Shown here piece after piece: positions 49,198 to 59,253 of a stretch of DNA of 64,000 bases. The position numbers and the translations under genes are program-made. Each line of letters opens with the position of its first letter. The stretch's first letter is position 1. The notes beneath the pieces are model-generated. The model saw nothing but the letters and a program-made list of their open reading frames with translations. It did not search any database and was not told the origin of the DNA. This stretch comes from Bdellovibrionota bacterium (GTDB taxonomy: Bacteria > Bdellovibrionota > UBA1018 > CAIPTA01 > JAALKR01): positions 1,280,001 to 1,344,000 of the forward strand of contig CBDBMJ010000001.1 in the NCBI GenBank assembly GCA_965207455.1, read 5' to 3'.

Positions 49198-51265
49198 TAT
49201 TACAGTAAAGAATTTCAGGCAGTTCATGGGAAGCCAGTCGATTGATTTCTCGAATACTCCAGAAAAAAACGTCACCATCATTCATGGAGAAAATGGTTCT
49301 GGGAAAACCACACTCCTCAATGCCATTACTTGGTGCTTATACAGTCACACTAGCCCTGATTTTGAGGAGTCAGATTATCTGCTGTCGAAAAAAGCAGTTC
49401 TTAAATCAAACATGAATGACATCATTGAGTGCTCTGTAGTTTTAAAGTTTACTGATTCCAATCTCGATTATGAGGCCATAAGAAAATATAAGTATAGGTC
49501 ACTGGGACCGAATAAGAAGCCAAGTAAACATGGAGTGGGTTCCTTTGAGTTATTTATAAAAAAAGATGGTGAAAGAAGGAAGGCAGACAATCCAAATGTT
49601 TTTATTAATAGAATAATCCCAAAAGAAATGCACAGCTATTTCTTTTTTAACGGCGAAAGAATAGACAGACTCGCACGACGCTCAAATAACTTTGAAATAA
49701 GAGAGGCGATAAAGGTTCTTCTAGGAGTAACAATACTAGAAAGAGCGCTTGTTCACCTGAAGGCTGCACATAACATAATAAACACACAGCTAAGCAACAA
49801 CAGTAGGCTAGACCACAATATCAGGAATATTCTACTTGAACTGACCAAGAATAATAAAGATTTAGAGCACAATGAGAAATGCAGGGAACATTGCAAAAAG
49901 AATGCTGGATCACTTAAAAAAGACAACGAAGCCATCAGAGATAAACTTAGAGATTTTAAAGAAACAAGAGAGTTAGAGGAGAAACGAGATGAATTGTTTG
50001 CTGAAGATACGGAGCTTTCTTCCTCGATAAAATCCATTGAGAAACGAATAATAAAATTCATCACTCGAAAATCTTGTTTTTCATTTATGGGTCCAGTATT
50101 TGAGCAAGTTAACAATATATTGAAAGATCTTAAAACCTCAAATATCCTGCCAAACGAAGTGAAAGAGGACTTTATCAGGCGTTTGTTAGCAGAAAATTTA
50201 TGTATATGCAAAAGAAAACTTGCAAATGATTCCAAGGCATCTGCTGCAGTCAAAAAATTGCTTGACTACAGTATAAGCAAAGACGTTGACCAAAATATTG
50301 CCATTATGAAAAATAACTTAACTGCGATTAATGAAAAAATGCAGGAAAACCCAAGGGAGTTGAAAAACCTCATTCAAGAAAGAGAACGGTTAAGCACAAA
50401 ATCAGAAAAAGTGGCAAGGCAACTGGATGAATTAAAGAAATCCCTAAAGGGAATTAAGGGCAAGGAGGAAGTGAGAAAACTAAGCATTAAATTCGAGGAA
50501 AATGAAGCTACGACTGAGCAAGAGTTAAAAAACTATGGTCAATATGAATCAAAAATTTTATTTTTGAAGCAAAAAATTACTGAACTCGAAAAATCCAAGA
50601 AGCTAATGTCTCAAAAAAACCAGGAAGCCGAACGGTTGCTGAAATCTAATAATTTCAGCGCAGAACTCATCAGGTATACCCAAAAAATTTATGATGACAG
50701 AATCGCAGAAATCAGAGAAAAATTATCCTTTAAAGTCAACAGACTATTCCGACGTATCTGCAAGAAAGATTATCACATAAGAATGAACGAAGATTTTGTT
50801 ATAGATGTATTTGATTCGAAAACAGAACATGCAAAACCAGTTGGAAAAAGTACCGGTGAAAATCAAATGACAAGTTTATCTTTCATCGGCAGCATACTTG
50901 AATTTGCCAAGGAGATTAAAACCGACAAAAACAAATACGGGAGCATAATAAATAAATATGGAGGGATTTATCCTCTAGTTATGGACTCACCTTTTGGTAG
51001 CTTAGACCAGACATCCAGTAAAAACGTGGCAGAAAGCCTTCCCTCTCTTTCTGAGCAAATCGTACTTATGGTTTCCTCTACCCAATGGAGAAATGAAGTG
51101 AAAAATGGAATGATCTCTAAAGTAGGAAAACAATATGTATTATGCAACCACACCCCTAAACCTGGAAAAGCTGCAAAAGTTTTTATAGAATACAACGGAA
51201 GAAAGCACCCCTTTGCCAAATCAACAGATGGTCCTGAATTCACAGAAGTTGAGGAATTAGTATGA
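49184..51265 (+). CDS. SMC/Rad50-like ABC ATPase with CxC motif (PbeC/DndD-like)
   Basis: NFRQF, GENGSGKTT, YFFFNGE, long coiled coil with CIC, signature STGE, Walker B/D-loop VMDSPFGSLD. Confidence 0.88.
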   Translation: MILNNITVKNFRQFMGSQSIDFSNTPEKNVTIIHGENGSGKTTLLNAITWCLYSHTSPDFEESDYLLSKKAVLKSNMNDIIECSVVLKFTDSNLDYEAIRKYKYRSLGPNKKPSKHGVGSFELFIKKDGERRKADNPNVFINRIIPKEMHSYFFFNGERIDRLARRSNNFEIREAIKVLLGVTILERALVHLKAAHNIINTQLSNNSRLDHNIRNILLELTKNNKDLEHNEKCREHCKKNAGSLKKDNEAIRDKLRDFKETRELEEKRDELFAEDTELSSSIKSIEKRIIKFITRKSCFSFMGPVFEQVNNILKDLKTSNILPNEVKEDFIRRLLAENLCICKRKLANDSKASAAVKKLLDYSISKDVDQNIAIMKNNLTAINEKMQENPRELKNLIQERERLSTKSEKVARQLDELKKSLKGIKGKEEVRKLSIKFEENEATTEQELKNYGQYESKILFLKQKITELEKSKKLMSQKNQEAERLLKSNNFSAELIRYTQKIYDDRIAEIREKLSFKVNRLFRRICKKDYHIRMNEDFVIDVFDSKTEHAKPVGKSTGENQMTSLSFIGSILEFAKEIKTDKNKYGSIINKYGGIYPLVMDSPFGSLDQTSSKNVAESLPSLSEQIVLMVSSTQWRNEVKNGMISKVGKQYVLCNHTPKPGKAAKVFIEYNGRKHPFAKSTDGPEFTEVEELV

Positions 51266-51747
51266 GTAAATATGGTTTTAAAAGCTTTGTATTTTGTGAC
51301 TCGCACTCTGAGTTAGTAGATAATTTATGTAAAGCAGGTTCAAGGTATTTTGATAATATTTATGAGCTATTTACATTAGCAGCATGTATTGGATATAGTA
51401 AGGGTCGCAAATCCAAAGTAGAAAAAGCTGGAAAAAAAATAGAATTCAATCAGCTCAGATCATTTGAAAACTTTGACGGAATTTTTCTTTCTATCTGTTT
51501 AGCCCACTCAAAAGAATCTTCCATCCTTAAAGATGATGACGAAACAATTACAAGTAGAATGACAATCTTTAGTGAATACGCAAATGGAGGGATGGAAATA
51601 CTGAAAAAAGAGGTTAATTCCAACCAAGGTGATTTCCAAGAAAATCTCATTCAGTATATACAAGATAATGGGGTTCACTTTAAAGAATTCAAAGAAAAAA
51701 CTACGGAAGGAACTAGCAAGTACAAGCATCTCCTAGAAGGACTGTAA
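51262..51747 (+). CDS. Small protein resembling dnd-associated protein 4 / PbeD
   Basis: F..IYELF.LAACIG and R.TIFSEYANGGMEIL motifs; ATGA overlap with the ATPase. Confidence 0.7.
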   Translation: MSKYGFKSFVFCDSHSELVDNLCKAGSRYFDNIYELFTLAACIGYSKGRKSKVEKAGKKIEFNQLRSFENFDGIFLSICLAHSKESSILKDDDETITSRMTIFSEYANGGMEILKKEVNSNQGDFQENLIQYIQDNGVHFKEFKEKTTEGTSKYKHLLEGL

Positions 51748-51782
51748 TTTTAGAGAAGTACTGACCTCTGAGGGAATAGAAT

Positions 51783-53531
51783 TTGTATTTATGGCTCGCA
51801 GCTAGTTTTTTAGGTCTCCTTGCGGGAGTGATTACTCCTGCGGCTTGGTTTCTTGTGGATAAGTTTCAGGTGGCATTGAGCCAACAGGATTGGTCGCCCT
51901 TGACGATGGCTTTTCTCCTTCCTGCCCTAGTGGCCCTTTTCCTCTTTTTCCTATTTCGTGCTGGTAGATTCTACCGATCTTCCGACTCCTTTACGGCTTT
52001 CTTCTCGGACTTTCACTATAGTGGTGGTAGGCGCAATCCCTTATTCTGTTTCATCCATGGCGTGGGATCGTTTTTCTTTCTCTTGGGTGGCGGCATTGTG
52101 GGGCTGGAGGCCCTGTGCTTTGAATGGGTTACTGCCTTGGGTAGTTATCTGGGAGAACGGGCAAAACTGACTCCCATGCGAGTCCAGTTGCTTTCATTGT
52201 GTGGCTTAGCAGCAGGCTTTTCCGCTACTTTAGGTCAACCCGCGGCTGCTATTTTATTTACGGTAGAATTATTGTTTGGTTGGGGTGGATGGACCATGGC
52301 GATTGCTCCCCTAGCCCTGTGTGCTTTTATTGCTTCCGTTGTAAGCCAAGCACTAACAGCCCCGACGGGTATTTTTCATTCCACCATGGGCACTGACGCT
52401 GGACTCTCCCTTCTATTCCAAGAAATGCCTCTAAGTATGGGCAGCTGGGAAATCCTTTCCAGCAGTGTATTGATTATTTTCTTTGCCACTGCCTTGGCTG
52501 TGCTCACCATCTGGTTGTTCTACAAAACCAATTTTCAAATACACACTCTATTCCAAACTAGACGATCAAGCGACATTTCCTACAAAGCTTTTGCTTTCCA
52601 ACTGCTCGTCTGGACTCTATTCACAGGCGCTGCTGCCTATAAATTCCCTGAAATCCTCGGCTCCTCCCTAATGAACGCCTCCACTTGGCAATCCTTCCCT
52701 TTGTATGGAATAGCCCTAATCCTCCTCGTACGACTCCTACTCAGTACGATGAGCTATACCGTATTGGGAAGCATGGGCATGCTCCTTCCCATACTCATTC
52801 TGGGAAGTTTTTTAGGTTTTGGTTTAGCGACCTTCCAATCCCATTTTTTTGCAGAAAATATGGGTGTTGTGCTACTCACCCTGGGTGCGTTCTTTGCTGC
52901 CACCTTTGGCACTCCCGTTGCAGCCACAGCCCTTGTCTATGGCTACGCTGAGATTTCCATGAGTGAAAATACGAACTTCTTTTTTATGTCCATAATTGTA
53001 AATTTCGCTGCCCATTTTTTATGCGGACTCATACATAAGGATCGTTTAATGACAATTGGTCTGTACCGCCACGGGATTCGTTTTAGAAATGGGATGTGTT
53101 TTAATACCTTATCGTCCATCACCGTAAAAAGTACCACTCTTTCCCATGTGGATCCCATACCTCACGATAGTTCCATGTCCAACGCCTACGCTACTCTTAT
53201 GAAATCTAGATTTTTAAAAATTCCTGTTATCGATAACGAAAAAAAATTCATAGGCATGATATCCCTCTCGGACTTCTTCGCCCTCCGAAACTGGAAAAAT
53301 ATTGATAAATCCTCACAAATATACGACCTTCTGGGCATCACAAACCTTATGCGCACAAACTTCCCCACCGTAACCACGAACATGAGCCTAGAGGAAGCAC
53401 TGGTAATCATGGGAGACGAAGAACTCGTCCCCGTAGTAAGTGAAAAAAACACACTGGAAGGGCTACTCCTAAAATCCGAGCTTATGGGTCTTTATAATAA
53501 GGAAGTGATGAAGAAAGCCTTTGGTCGGTAG
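51783..53531 (+). CDS. ClC-family chloride channel/antiporter-like protein with CBS domains (degenerate signatures)
   Basis: CGLAAGFSATLGQP.AAILFTVE, GAFFAATFGTP, C-terminal CBS pair; GxEGP appears as GLEAL. Confidence 0.8.
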   Translation: MYLWLAASFLGLLAGVITPAAWFLVDKFQVALSQQDWSPLTMAFLLPALVALFLFFLFRAGRFYRSSDSFTAFFSDFHYSGGRRNPLFCFIHGVGSFFFLLGGGIVGLEALCFEWVTALGSYLGERAKLTPMRVQLLSLCGLAAGFSATLGQPAAAILFTVELLFGWGGWTMAIAPLALCAFIASVVSQALTAPTGIFHSTMGTDAGLSLLFQEMPLSMGSWEILSSSVLIIFFATALAVLTIWLFYKTNFQIHTLFQTRRSSDISYKAFAFQLLVWTLFTGAAAYKFPEILGSSLMNASTWQSFPLYGIALILLVRLLLSTMSYTVLGSMGMLLPILILGSFLGFGLATFQSHFFAENMGVVLLTLGAFFAATFGTPVAATALVYGYAEISMSENTNFFFMSIIVNFAAHFLCGLIHKDRLMTIGLYRHGIRFRNGMCFNTLSSITVKSTTLSHVDPIPHDSSMSNAYATLMKSRFLKIPVIDNEKKFIGMISLSDFFALRNWKNIDKSSQIYDLLGITNLMRTNFPTVTTNMSLEEALVIMGDEELVPVVSEKNTLEGLLLKSELMGLYNKEVMKKAFGR

Positions 53532-53591
53532 AAGAAGTTTAGGTTTTTGTCTGCCTAGAAATGAAATATATTTCTATTCATAATTGGAGGT

Positions 53592-54996
53592 TTAATATAA
53601 ACGACATTTATTATGTATTTTTTATCCATACACCATGACCACATTGGTATTCACATGTATCGTCTGTGGGTACAGTATCTAGATGATTTACTCGTATACA
53701 ACGACCCTGTTTTGGTTCACTAAATGGAATCTGCCTCGGGCTTAAACGACATTGTCCTTTACCACCAGAACTGGCATCCGAATGTCTCGCATCAATCCTT
53801 AGTGGGGGGCATGTCAGGAAGTATCGTTAAATGGTTGAATCCTCATGGATACCGGAATTATTGCCGCTAAATCCACAATTATTAGAGTTCTGTGTCCACT
53901 CTCCATTTTCACAACTATACTTACAAGAACCAAAAGTATAGTAATAACCACCACGTGTGAGGCATTTCCCATTTATAGTTACTCCATGGGACGTCTGTGA
54001 AAGTCTACATTTAGCCAAGTAGATTCCTGCACTTTGTTGTTGAGAATAAGGTCTCGGTATTATAAGTGTACCACTGCCACTTCTTGGAAGTCGCCCATCA
54101 CTTTCTATACTATCTCTATCAATAGCCGTACAACCTTTAAAAAGCTCATTCTCCGCCCTACAAACTCCTCTTAGTGTATTTACTCCATTGACTTGCACAG
54201 TTTCTACAGATTGTAGAAAAAGAATCTGTGGGACAACTTAGGATATTTGAAAGAAGAGGGGAAAGATCCATGCAAATTTTTGATCCATTTTCATCAAAAC
54301 CTTGTAAATACTCACTATCAGCACATTTCATATCCCCTAGCGCCTCTCTTCGTAGGACTGTACTATCGGCTGCAAATAAAGCTGTGCAACTATGAATAGT
54401 AAAATCATCAGAACGTACAGCTGCTTTTAATTTAATCTCTCTTGTTTTAAAAGTAGTAAGACCTTGACTATTTTCCCTAGCTCTTTTAAAAAAAGAATCA
54501 TTTTTGTGCTACCATCGCCTACCCAATAGTTTGTAGGGGGGTCACCCGGTATAGCAGGAGGAATTGTAATTTTTCGATTAGGTCCAGGATCTCTTGTAAA
54601 TGTAGAAAACTCTATTTTTGCTATCTTTACATCACCGTAAGTCCTACCCACTTCATATACTTTATTTCCACTTGGATCTTTTATAGACCCGATAGGACTT
54701 GGTGGACTATTAGAATAAAGAGATAAAAATATAGGATGGCCATTTATATCTGTACTATTTATACCTAGAGTCTGAATACATGCGTCTTTGTTTCCCAATA
54801 CACCTCGAATATTGGAGTGTAATTTATTGATATCAAATCTATTCTCCACATCCTTTTGTCCCATCATCATGTTTTGCTGTAGCTTTGCTGCGGCTAGGGC
54901 GATCAGCCCAAGCAATCCTGCAGCCATAATTACAGATAGAAGGCTCATGCCTGACTGAGAGAAAAGAAGAGTTTTCTGTTGTGTCGATCCTGCCAT
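53592..54996 (-). CDS. Prepilin-type N-terminal protein with Cys-rich C-terminal repeats; interrupted by about four indels
   Basis: SQSG^MSLLSVIMAAGLLG class III signal-like peptide. Reading can be continued through indels at 54488-54494, 54217-54221, ~53825 and ~53620, giving two CRL...C...CxYxCxxGxW...C repeats. Confidence 0.65.
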
Positions 54997-55217
54997 GTAA
55001 GCTTAAACCTCGATTATTTGCCTTACTAAATATTAAAAAATCTTAATAATTAAATTATAGCATGCCCTATTGACTTTAGTCAACTATCCCGCCTTGTTCC
55101 ATATTAAAAAAAACATAATAATATCAGCTACTTTGACATCTAAATGGGTTATTTTTTGAACTGTCGGTTGACTTTTGGTCGGAATGACGTTATGCATATA
55201 TTCGAGGTTCCCCGTAT

Positions 55218-55946
55218 ATGCAAGAGCATTTTGAACGTTTAGAAAAAAGAATTGGCTATACCTTTAAGGATAGGGAGCTTTTAGAGAAAGCTCTTCGCCA
55301 CAAGTCCTATGCCCACGAATATCCCATAACAAACAAGTTTGTGTTTACCCATAATGAGCGTTTGGAGTTTTTGGGAGATGCGGTTCTCCAGTTGGTGACG
55401 GCTCACCTGCTTTGGGAAAAATTTCCCGAATTGCCTGAGGGTCATCTTTCCAAGATGCGTGCGCTTTTGGTGAATAAATGGAGCCTTAGTCAAGTGGCCT
55501 CTGCCCTGAAACTCGGTGACTATATTTTTTTAGGAAGGGGAGAGAAAAAAAGTGGTGGGAAGAAAAAGGATTCCATTCTGGCTTGTGCATACGAGGCTCT
55601 CTTGGGAGCCATATATGCGGATAGTGATCTTAGTGTGGTGAAAAAAATTATCGAGGAGCACTTGAAGGATTGGATACAAGATATTGAAAACAATGATTCT
55701 TTTAGGGATTATAAAAGTATTTTGCAGGAGAGGGTCCAGAAAAAATTTGCTTGCACGCCCCAATATAAAGTTTGTGAGGAGGATGGGCCTGACCATAAAA
55801 AAAGTTTTGAGATTTCCGTTTCTGTGCAAGGTAGGGTTTTAGCTCATGGGATGGGTGGAAGTAAGAAGGAGGCAGAGCAAGTGGCTGCTTCTGTTCTATT
55901 GGAAAAATTTCCCAATTCTCTAGAGACGGAGAGCACACATGCATAG
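55218..55946 (+). CDS. rnc: Ribonuclease III
   Basis: HNERLEFLGDAVL, EALLGAIY, dsRBD with SKKEAEQ. Confidence 0.98.
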   Translation: MQEHFERLEKRIGYTFKDRELLEKALRHKSYAHEYPITNKFVFTHNERLEFLGDAVLQLVTAHLLWEKFPELPEGHLSKMRALLVNKWSLSQVASALKLGDYIFLGRGEKKSGGKKKDSILACAYEALLGAIYADSDLSVVKKIIEEHLKDWIQDIENNDSFRDYKSILQERVQKKFACTPQYKVCEEDGPDHKKSFEISVSVQGRVLAHGMGGSKKEAEQVAASVLLEKFPNSLETESTHA

Positions 55947-56892
55947 GAAGCAAAAGCAAAAAACGGGTTTTATTACGATTCTAGGAAGGCCTAATGTGGG
56001 AAAGTCCACGCTCCTCAATGGAATTATAGGCGAGAATCTAGCTTCCGTTTCTCCCAAGCCCCAAACCACTCGACGACGATTTCGGGGAATTCATACTGAA
56101 GTTATTGAGGGTGTTTCCCATCAAATGGTTTTTTCCGACACACCTGGCTTGCACGTGGCACTGGCTAAGCGAAAGCTCAATGCGTATTGTGTGCAGGAGG
56201 CTCTAGCTGGTTTAAAGGATGGGGATATTATTTTGTATATGATCGATAGGAGTCGTCCTTTTTTAGGGGATGAGGATGGTAGTGATGAAAAGTTTCTTCT
56301 CCAGCAGCTTAGGAATGTGCTCACCCAAACCACTACTCCTCTCTTTGTTATACTCAATAAATTAGACCTGCCCCATTCGGAGTTTTCTCAAGCTTTTCTG
56401 GAAAAAACTCTTCACGATTTGCCTGTAAAGGCTATTTTGCCCATGATCGCCAAGCGAAAAAAGGGGATTGCTGCTCTATTGGAGGAGATTCGCAAGGTAT
56501 TACCAGAGGCTCCCCACCATTTTTCTGAAGACAGTCTCACCGACGAGAGCACCAGAAATATTGCACGGGAATATGTCCAAGAGCAATTATTTTATTTGTT
56601 GGGAGAGGAGCTTCCTTACGACTGTTCTGTGGAGATTACCAACTTTCGAGAGCCCAGGGACAAGGAGAAGAAAATCACCATAGAGGCCACTATTCATGTG
56701 GACAAGAATTCTCAAAAGCAGATTGTGATTGGTCTGGGTGGAGCGAAAATTAAAAGTATTGGTATTATGGCAAGGCGACGTTTGGAGGAGTTTCTCCAAT
56801 GTGGCGTAGTTTTAAAATTACTGGTAAAGGTAACAAAGAACTGGGTTCGAGACAGTAAACATTTGGAGAAATTGGGGTATGTCCAGCATTGA
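55939..56892 (+). CDS. era: GTPase Era
   Basis: GRPNVGKST, PQTTR, DTPG, NKLD, EELPY, KH domain. Confidence 0.97.
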   Translation: MHRKQKQKTGFITILGRPNVGKSTLLNGIIGENLASVSPKPQTTRRRFRGIHTEVIEGVSHQMVFSDTPGLHVALAKRKLNAYCVQEALAGLKDGDIILYMIDRSRPFLGDEDGSDEKFLLQQLRNVLTQTTTPLFVILNKLDLPHSEFSQAFLEKTLHDLPVKAILPMIAKRKKGIAALLEEIRKVLPEAPHHFSEDSLTDESTRNIAREYVQEQLFYLLGEELPYDCSVEITNFREPRDKEKKITIEATIHVDKNSQKQIVIGLGGAKIKSIGIMARRRLEEFLQCGVVLKLLVKVTKNWVRDSKHLEKLGYVQH

Positions 56893-58324
56893 GAAAAAAA
56901 AATCGACGATTGCTCTCGTGGGTAGACCCAATGTGGGCAAGAGTACCCTATTTAACGTTTTAACCAATACTCGCAGGGCTTTAGTGGGAGATCGATCGGG
57001 TGTTACCCGGGATCGTCGATTCGGTTGGAATAATCCCGAGGACTGTAACGGAAGGGTTTTTTCCATTATGGACACAGGTGGGTGGATACCTAAAAATTTA
57101 CGAGCGGGTGAAAAAGAAGAAGTTCTGATGGAGTCCATAGAATCCCAGATTATTTTGGGAATTGAGGAGGCAAGCCTAGTATTACTTGTGGTGGACGTTC
57201 GTCAGGGAAAAACAATGGCAGACGAGCAAATTTCCCAATTCCTCTTGAAGCATAATTGCCCCTTTATTGTCCTTGCCAACAAAAGCGACAGTTTCAAGCA
57301 ATCCAACCTAGAATTTGAGTTTCATGGAATGGGAGCCAAGGCCATATTTCCCGTAAGTGGTGAGCACCGACGGGGAATTGGGGATCTATGGACCGCTGTT
57401 GATGAATTTCTTTCTCCGCTTCCCACTCTACCCGTCTCTGTCCCCATCCCCAGTGAAAAGCCCATACGTGTGGGAATTGTGGGAAGGCCTAACGTGGGAA
57501 AATCCTCTCTTTTAAATACACTGTTGGGAGAGGAACGGGTGGTTACCAGTTCTATTCCTGGCACTACCACCGATCCCGTTGACGTTTCCTTTACCCGGGA
57601 GGAGCAAGAATTTTTACTTCTAGATACTGCGGGAATTCGTCGTCACTCCAAGCGAACCAATATAGTGGAGCAGTTAGCGGTGATGTATGCGGAACGCAAT
57701 GTGAAGAGTGTGGATTTAGTATTCCTTGTACTCGATGCCATGGACGGAATTACTAGCCAGGATGCACGAGTGGCTGCCATTGTACACAAGTCTGGTTGTG
57801 GCACTATTATTATTGCCAATAAATGGGATTTGGCTCCTAAGGAGGTCCGACGTGATTCTCAGGAACAAATTGGTTCTTTTGTAAAAATCATTCGCAAGGA
57901 GCTTCCATTTTTAAACTATGCCCCTGTTTTAGCTTTTTCCTGTAAGCGGAGTAAAGTATATGCGGGAAAAATGGGCGTGGGTGCTGAGAAATCTCTTCCT
58001 AAAGATATGATGAAGATTTGGAGTTTAGTAAAGGAGTTGGTGGAAGAGAGGAAACAAAAAGTATTTACCTCCGACCTAAACCGTCTCGTACAAAAATGTA
58101 TCCATTCTGGGCCCAATATTTCTCAAAACGTGGGCAAGATATATTTTGCTCACCAGTTAGGTGGCAACTCACCTACTTTTTGTGCCCATGTGAGAAATCC
58201 CACTCAGGTGCCTAAAACCTACCAGCGATACTTAGAGCGTGCCACTCGGGAGCGCTACGGCTTTCGAGGCTACCCTATCCGTTGGGTATTTCGAGGTAAA
58301 GAATCCCATAAGGCCAGAACATGA
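56879..58324 (+). CDS. der: Ribosome biogenesis GTPase Der (EngA)
   Basis: Two GRPNVGKS G-domains, GVTRD, DTAGIR, Y.RYLE..RE.YGF.GYPI. Confidence 0.97.
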   Translation: MSSIEKKKSTIALVGRPNVGKSTLFNVLTNTRRALVGDRSGVTRDRRFGWNNPEDCNGRVFSIMDTGGWIPKNLRAGEKEEVLMESIESQIILGIEEASLVLLVVDVRQGKTMADEQISQFLLKHNCPFIVLANKSDSFKQSNLEFEFHGMGAKAIFPVSGEHRRGIGDLWTAVDEFLSPLPTLPVSVPIPSEKPIRVGIVGRPNVGKSSLLNTLLGEERVVTSSIPGTTTDPVDVSFTREEQEFLLLDTAGIRRHSKRTNIVEQLAVMYAERNVKSVDLVFLVLDAMDGITSQDARVAAIVHKSGCGTIIIANKWDLAPKEVRRDSQEQIGSFVKIIRKELPFLNYAPVLAFSCKRSKVYAGKMGVGAEKSLPKDMMKIWSLVKELVEERKQKVFTSDLNRLVQKCIHSGPNISQNVGKIYFAHQLGGNSPTFCAHVRNPTQVPKTYQRYLERATRERYGFRGYPIRWVFRGKESHKART

Positions 58325-59253
58325 AAATAGAGGAGGCAATGGAGCTTTCCATACAGGAAGCTCAAAAATTTTTAGGTGCTACGAGCCCCAACCCCCCTGT
58401 GGGTGCTGTGGCACTGGACTCTCAGGGGCGTTGCTTGGCTGTATGTGCCCATGAAAAGGCAGGAGAGGCACATGCTGAAGTGGGAGTTCTCGATAAACTT
58501 CGTCGTTTGGGAAAGACAGCGGACACATTGGTAGTTACCCTTGAGCCCTGTAACCACAGGGGCAAAACAGGTCCTTGTACCGAAGCTATTATTCAAGCCA
58601 ATGTGCCACGTGTGGTGATTGGCACCACGGATCCAAACCCTGGCGTCTGCGGTGGAGGAATTTCGCGCCTACAGGCAAGTGGAATAGAGGTTATCCAAGG
58701 GGTAATGGAAAAACAATGTAAGTGGTTAATTCGTGCTTTTGCCCATTATTCTACGACGAGAAAACCCTGGGTTACCCTAAAATGTGCTTTTCAAGAGGAC
58801 GGGGAAATGCAACCTCCTGTGGGTCAAAAGACCTTTACTTCCCAAAAGTCCTTAGCCTTTGCCCATGGGATACGAAAGCGGGTGGACGCTATTCTCACTG
58901 GCAGCGGTACGGTATTGAGCGACGATCCTGATTTTACAGTTCGCCATGTTGCCGATCATGTGGGAAAGAGGCGGTTTTTAGCTTTATTGGACCGTCGGGG
59001 ACGGGTGGCGAGATCATGGAAGAGCAAAATAGAGAAAAATGGTTTCACCCTTGTGGAGTGTGATAGCGTGGAGCAGGCTCTTTTGGATTTAGGTAAAAGG
59101 GGCGTTCAAGAGGTTTTAGTGGAAGCCGGTCCCAGTCTGCGCAACTCTTTTTTAAAAAAAGAATTGTGGAATGAGTGCATTGAAATTCATAAAGGAACTC
59201 CCGATAGGATTACGGTTCAGGTAAAGGAGAATAATGTTTACGGGAATTATTGA
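58321..59253 (+). CDS. ribD: Riboflavin biosynthesis deaminase/reductase
   Basis: PNPPVGAV, HAE, TLEPCNH.GKTGPC, DAILTGSGTVLSDDP, VEAG. Confidence 0.95.
   Translation: MKIEEAMELSIQEAQKFLGATSPNPPVGAVALDSQGRCLAVCAHEKAGEAHAEVGVLDKLRRLGKTADTLVVTLEPCNHRGKTGPCTEAIIQANVPRVVIGTTDPNPGVCGGGISRLQASGIEVIQGVMEKQCKWLIRAFAHYSTTRKPWVTLKCAFQEDGEMQPPVGQKTFTSQKSLAFAHGIRKRVDAILTGSGTVLSDDPDFTVRHVADHVGKRRFLALLDRRGRVARSWKSKIEKNGFTLVECDSVEQALLDLGKRGVQEVLVEAGPSLRNSFLKKELWNECIEIHKGTPDRITVQVKENNVYGNY

Larger units (their letters stand above)
34689..51750. mobile_element. Defence genomic island immediately downstream of glmS (no mobility genes seen)
   Basis: Visibly more AT-rich than the flanking genes; consecutive defence-type genes; begins right after the glmS stop and ends before the ClC gene. 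Confidence 0.7.

Noticed and set aside
49184..51265. Canonical dndBCDE operon or housekeeping SbcC/RecN
   Set aside because: No DndB, DndC-length PAPS protein, DndE or SbcD neighbour; context is Pbe-like.
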